Origin: Macrostomum lignano
Lineage: Eukaryota
Reading direction: 5' to 3'
DNA length: 64,000 nt
NCBI GenBank assembly: GCA_002269645.1
Contig: NIVC01001856.1
Span: forward strand, 124,001-188,000
This document shows positions 62,951 to 64,000 of the stretch, in pieces. The notes below the pieces were generated by a model. That model did no database searches. It was not told the DNA's origin and saw only the letters and a list, made by a program, of their open reading frames with translations. Both the position numbers and the translations under genes were made by a program. Numbering within the stretch: the first letter of the stretch is position 1; each line of letters starts with the position of its first letter.

Positions 62951-64000
62951 TTTAGCCTACATAGTATGAGACATAAAACGGGCCCTCGAAAACAATGATG
63001 TGACCAGTATCCAGTGCTGAAGAACTTATACAGCCAGGTGTTATAAGCCATGGCATTGCTGCCTAAAGGGCACAATGGGAACAGACTGTAAAGAGCGACA
63101 ATATCTATGGGTTGCTGTTTTTTTTTACTTTGCGGCCACGCGCCCGGACTGTGAGCTGCAGCTGGGAGAGGCAGCCAAACAGCCAATTTCCTTTCCCATA
63201 TCCTCTCTCCCCTTCCCCGGCCCCAATTCCCTTCCCCAAGAGCAGCTGGGACGGGCCGGGCCTGCTGCACCTTCTGAATAATTGATTTCTCAGTCTGTTG
63301 TTCAATCCTTGTGCAGTGCAGCATTTGCTGAGGCCAAGCCTCAGGCTCCGGCTAGCAGATCGGCCCAGTTCTGACTCGTAATCCGATGGGACGGCGAGCG
63401 AGACAGGGCTATTATCGCTGCTTTCAGATGGCATCGCTCCGTCCTCCTCTACGCTCTTATCGCAGGTTAACAATAAATTAATACTAACCAGAGTAGCCCT
63501 GAATAATTAGTGCAAACTGGCTCGCAGCGCGGCTATTAGAGGACAATTTGACTGCAGCCCTCCTCGGAAGATCAGATAAAGCGGAACATTTTAATTCTTC
63601 AGTCCTGTCTCAATTGCATGAAAAGTTCTATAAACCAAGTCACGTTGCTATAGATAAAAGGAATTGGTTATTTGCGTATGTATAAATAGTTAAAGTTAAA
63701 AAAAAACTATTGTCGTTCTAATTCTACAATCTAAAATTGTCTTTTAAATAAAAGACAATCTACATAAAGATTAAGTAAAATGTATACAACAATTTCTTTT
63801 TAATAGAGTTTCTCAAAGTTCAGAATGTGTTGTTTTTATAAAATCTGATGATAACATCACATAAACAAAAACAACAGCTCCAATTTGGAGCCATAGAAAC
63901 ACTAAGCAATAAAAAAATATTGTTCTTTTTTAGTTCTGGTAAAGTTTAAATCTTGACTTCATAAACAATTGATTATATTTTAACTAGATTAAAAATAATT

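Noticed and set aside
62926-63473. ORFs near the window end (e.g. 63105..63473 minus)
   Set aside because: No domain similarity or consistent splice signals linking them to a gene.

Overview
Eukaryotic (metazoan, invertebrate) genomic DNA. It has GC-rich spliced exons, AT-rich introns often filled by minisatellites, and many transposon relics; the style resembles a free-living flatworm such as Macrostomum (inference only). Genes reconstructed by hand with GT-AG junctions in frame: a 7-exon non-alpha nicotinic acetylcholine receptor subunit (+, 1413-12023), myo-inositol oxygenase (-), a cytosolic sulfotransferase (+), a FAX/metaxin-like GST-fold protein (-), an EF-hand-less NOX5-like NADPH oxidase (+), Akt/PKB (-), two paralogous small secreted 6-Cys peptides (-), a single-exon ORF with a BH3-like motif (-), and a signal-peptide first exon (+). 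Mobile DNA: an apparently intact THAP/P-element with TIRs and an 8-bp TSD, tRNA-derived SINEs, Tc1 derivatives, a Crypton-like fragment, and RNase H-bearing and RTE LINE fragments. The most striking unexplained signal is a ~6.5-kb block (~38.2-44.9 kb) almost devoid of CpG and enriched in TpA. Its embedded tRNA fragment and palindromic elements record near-saturating C-to-T/G-to-A change, suggesting local methylation-driven or RIP-like hypermutation.
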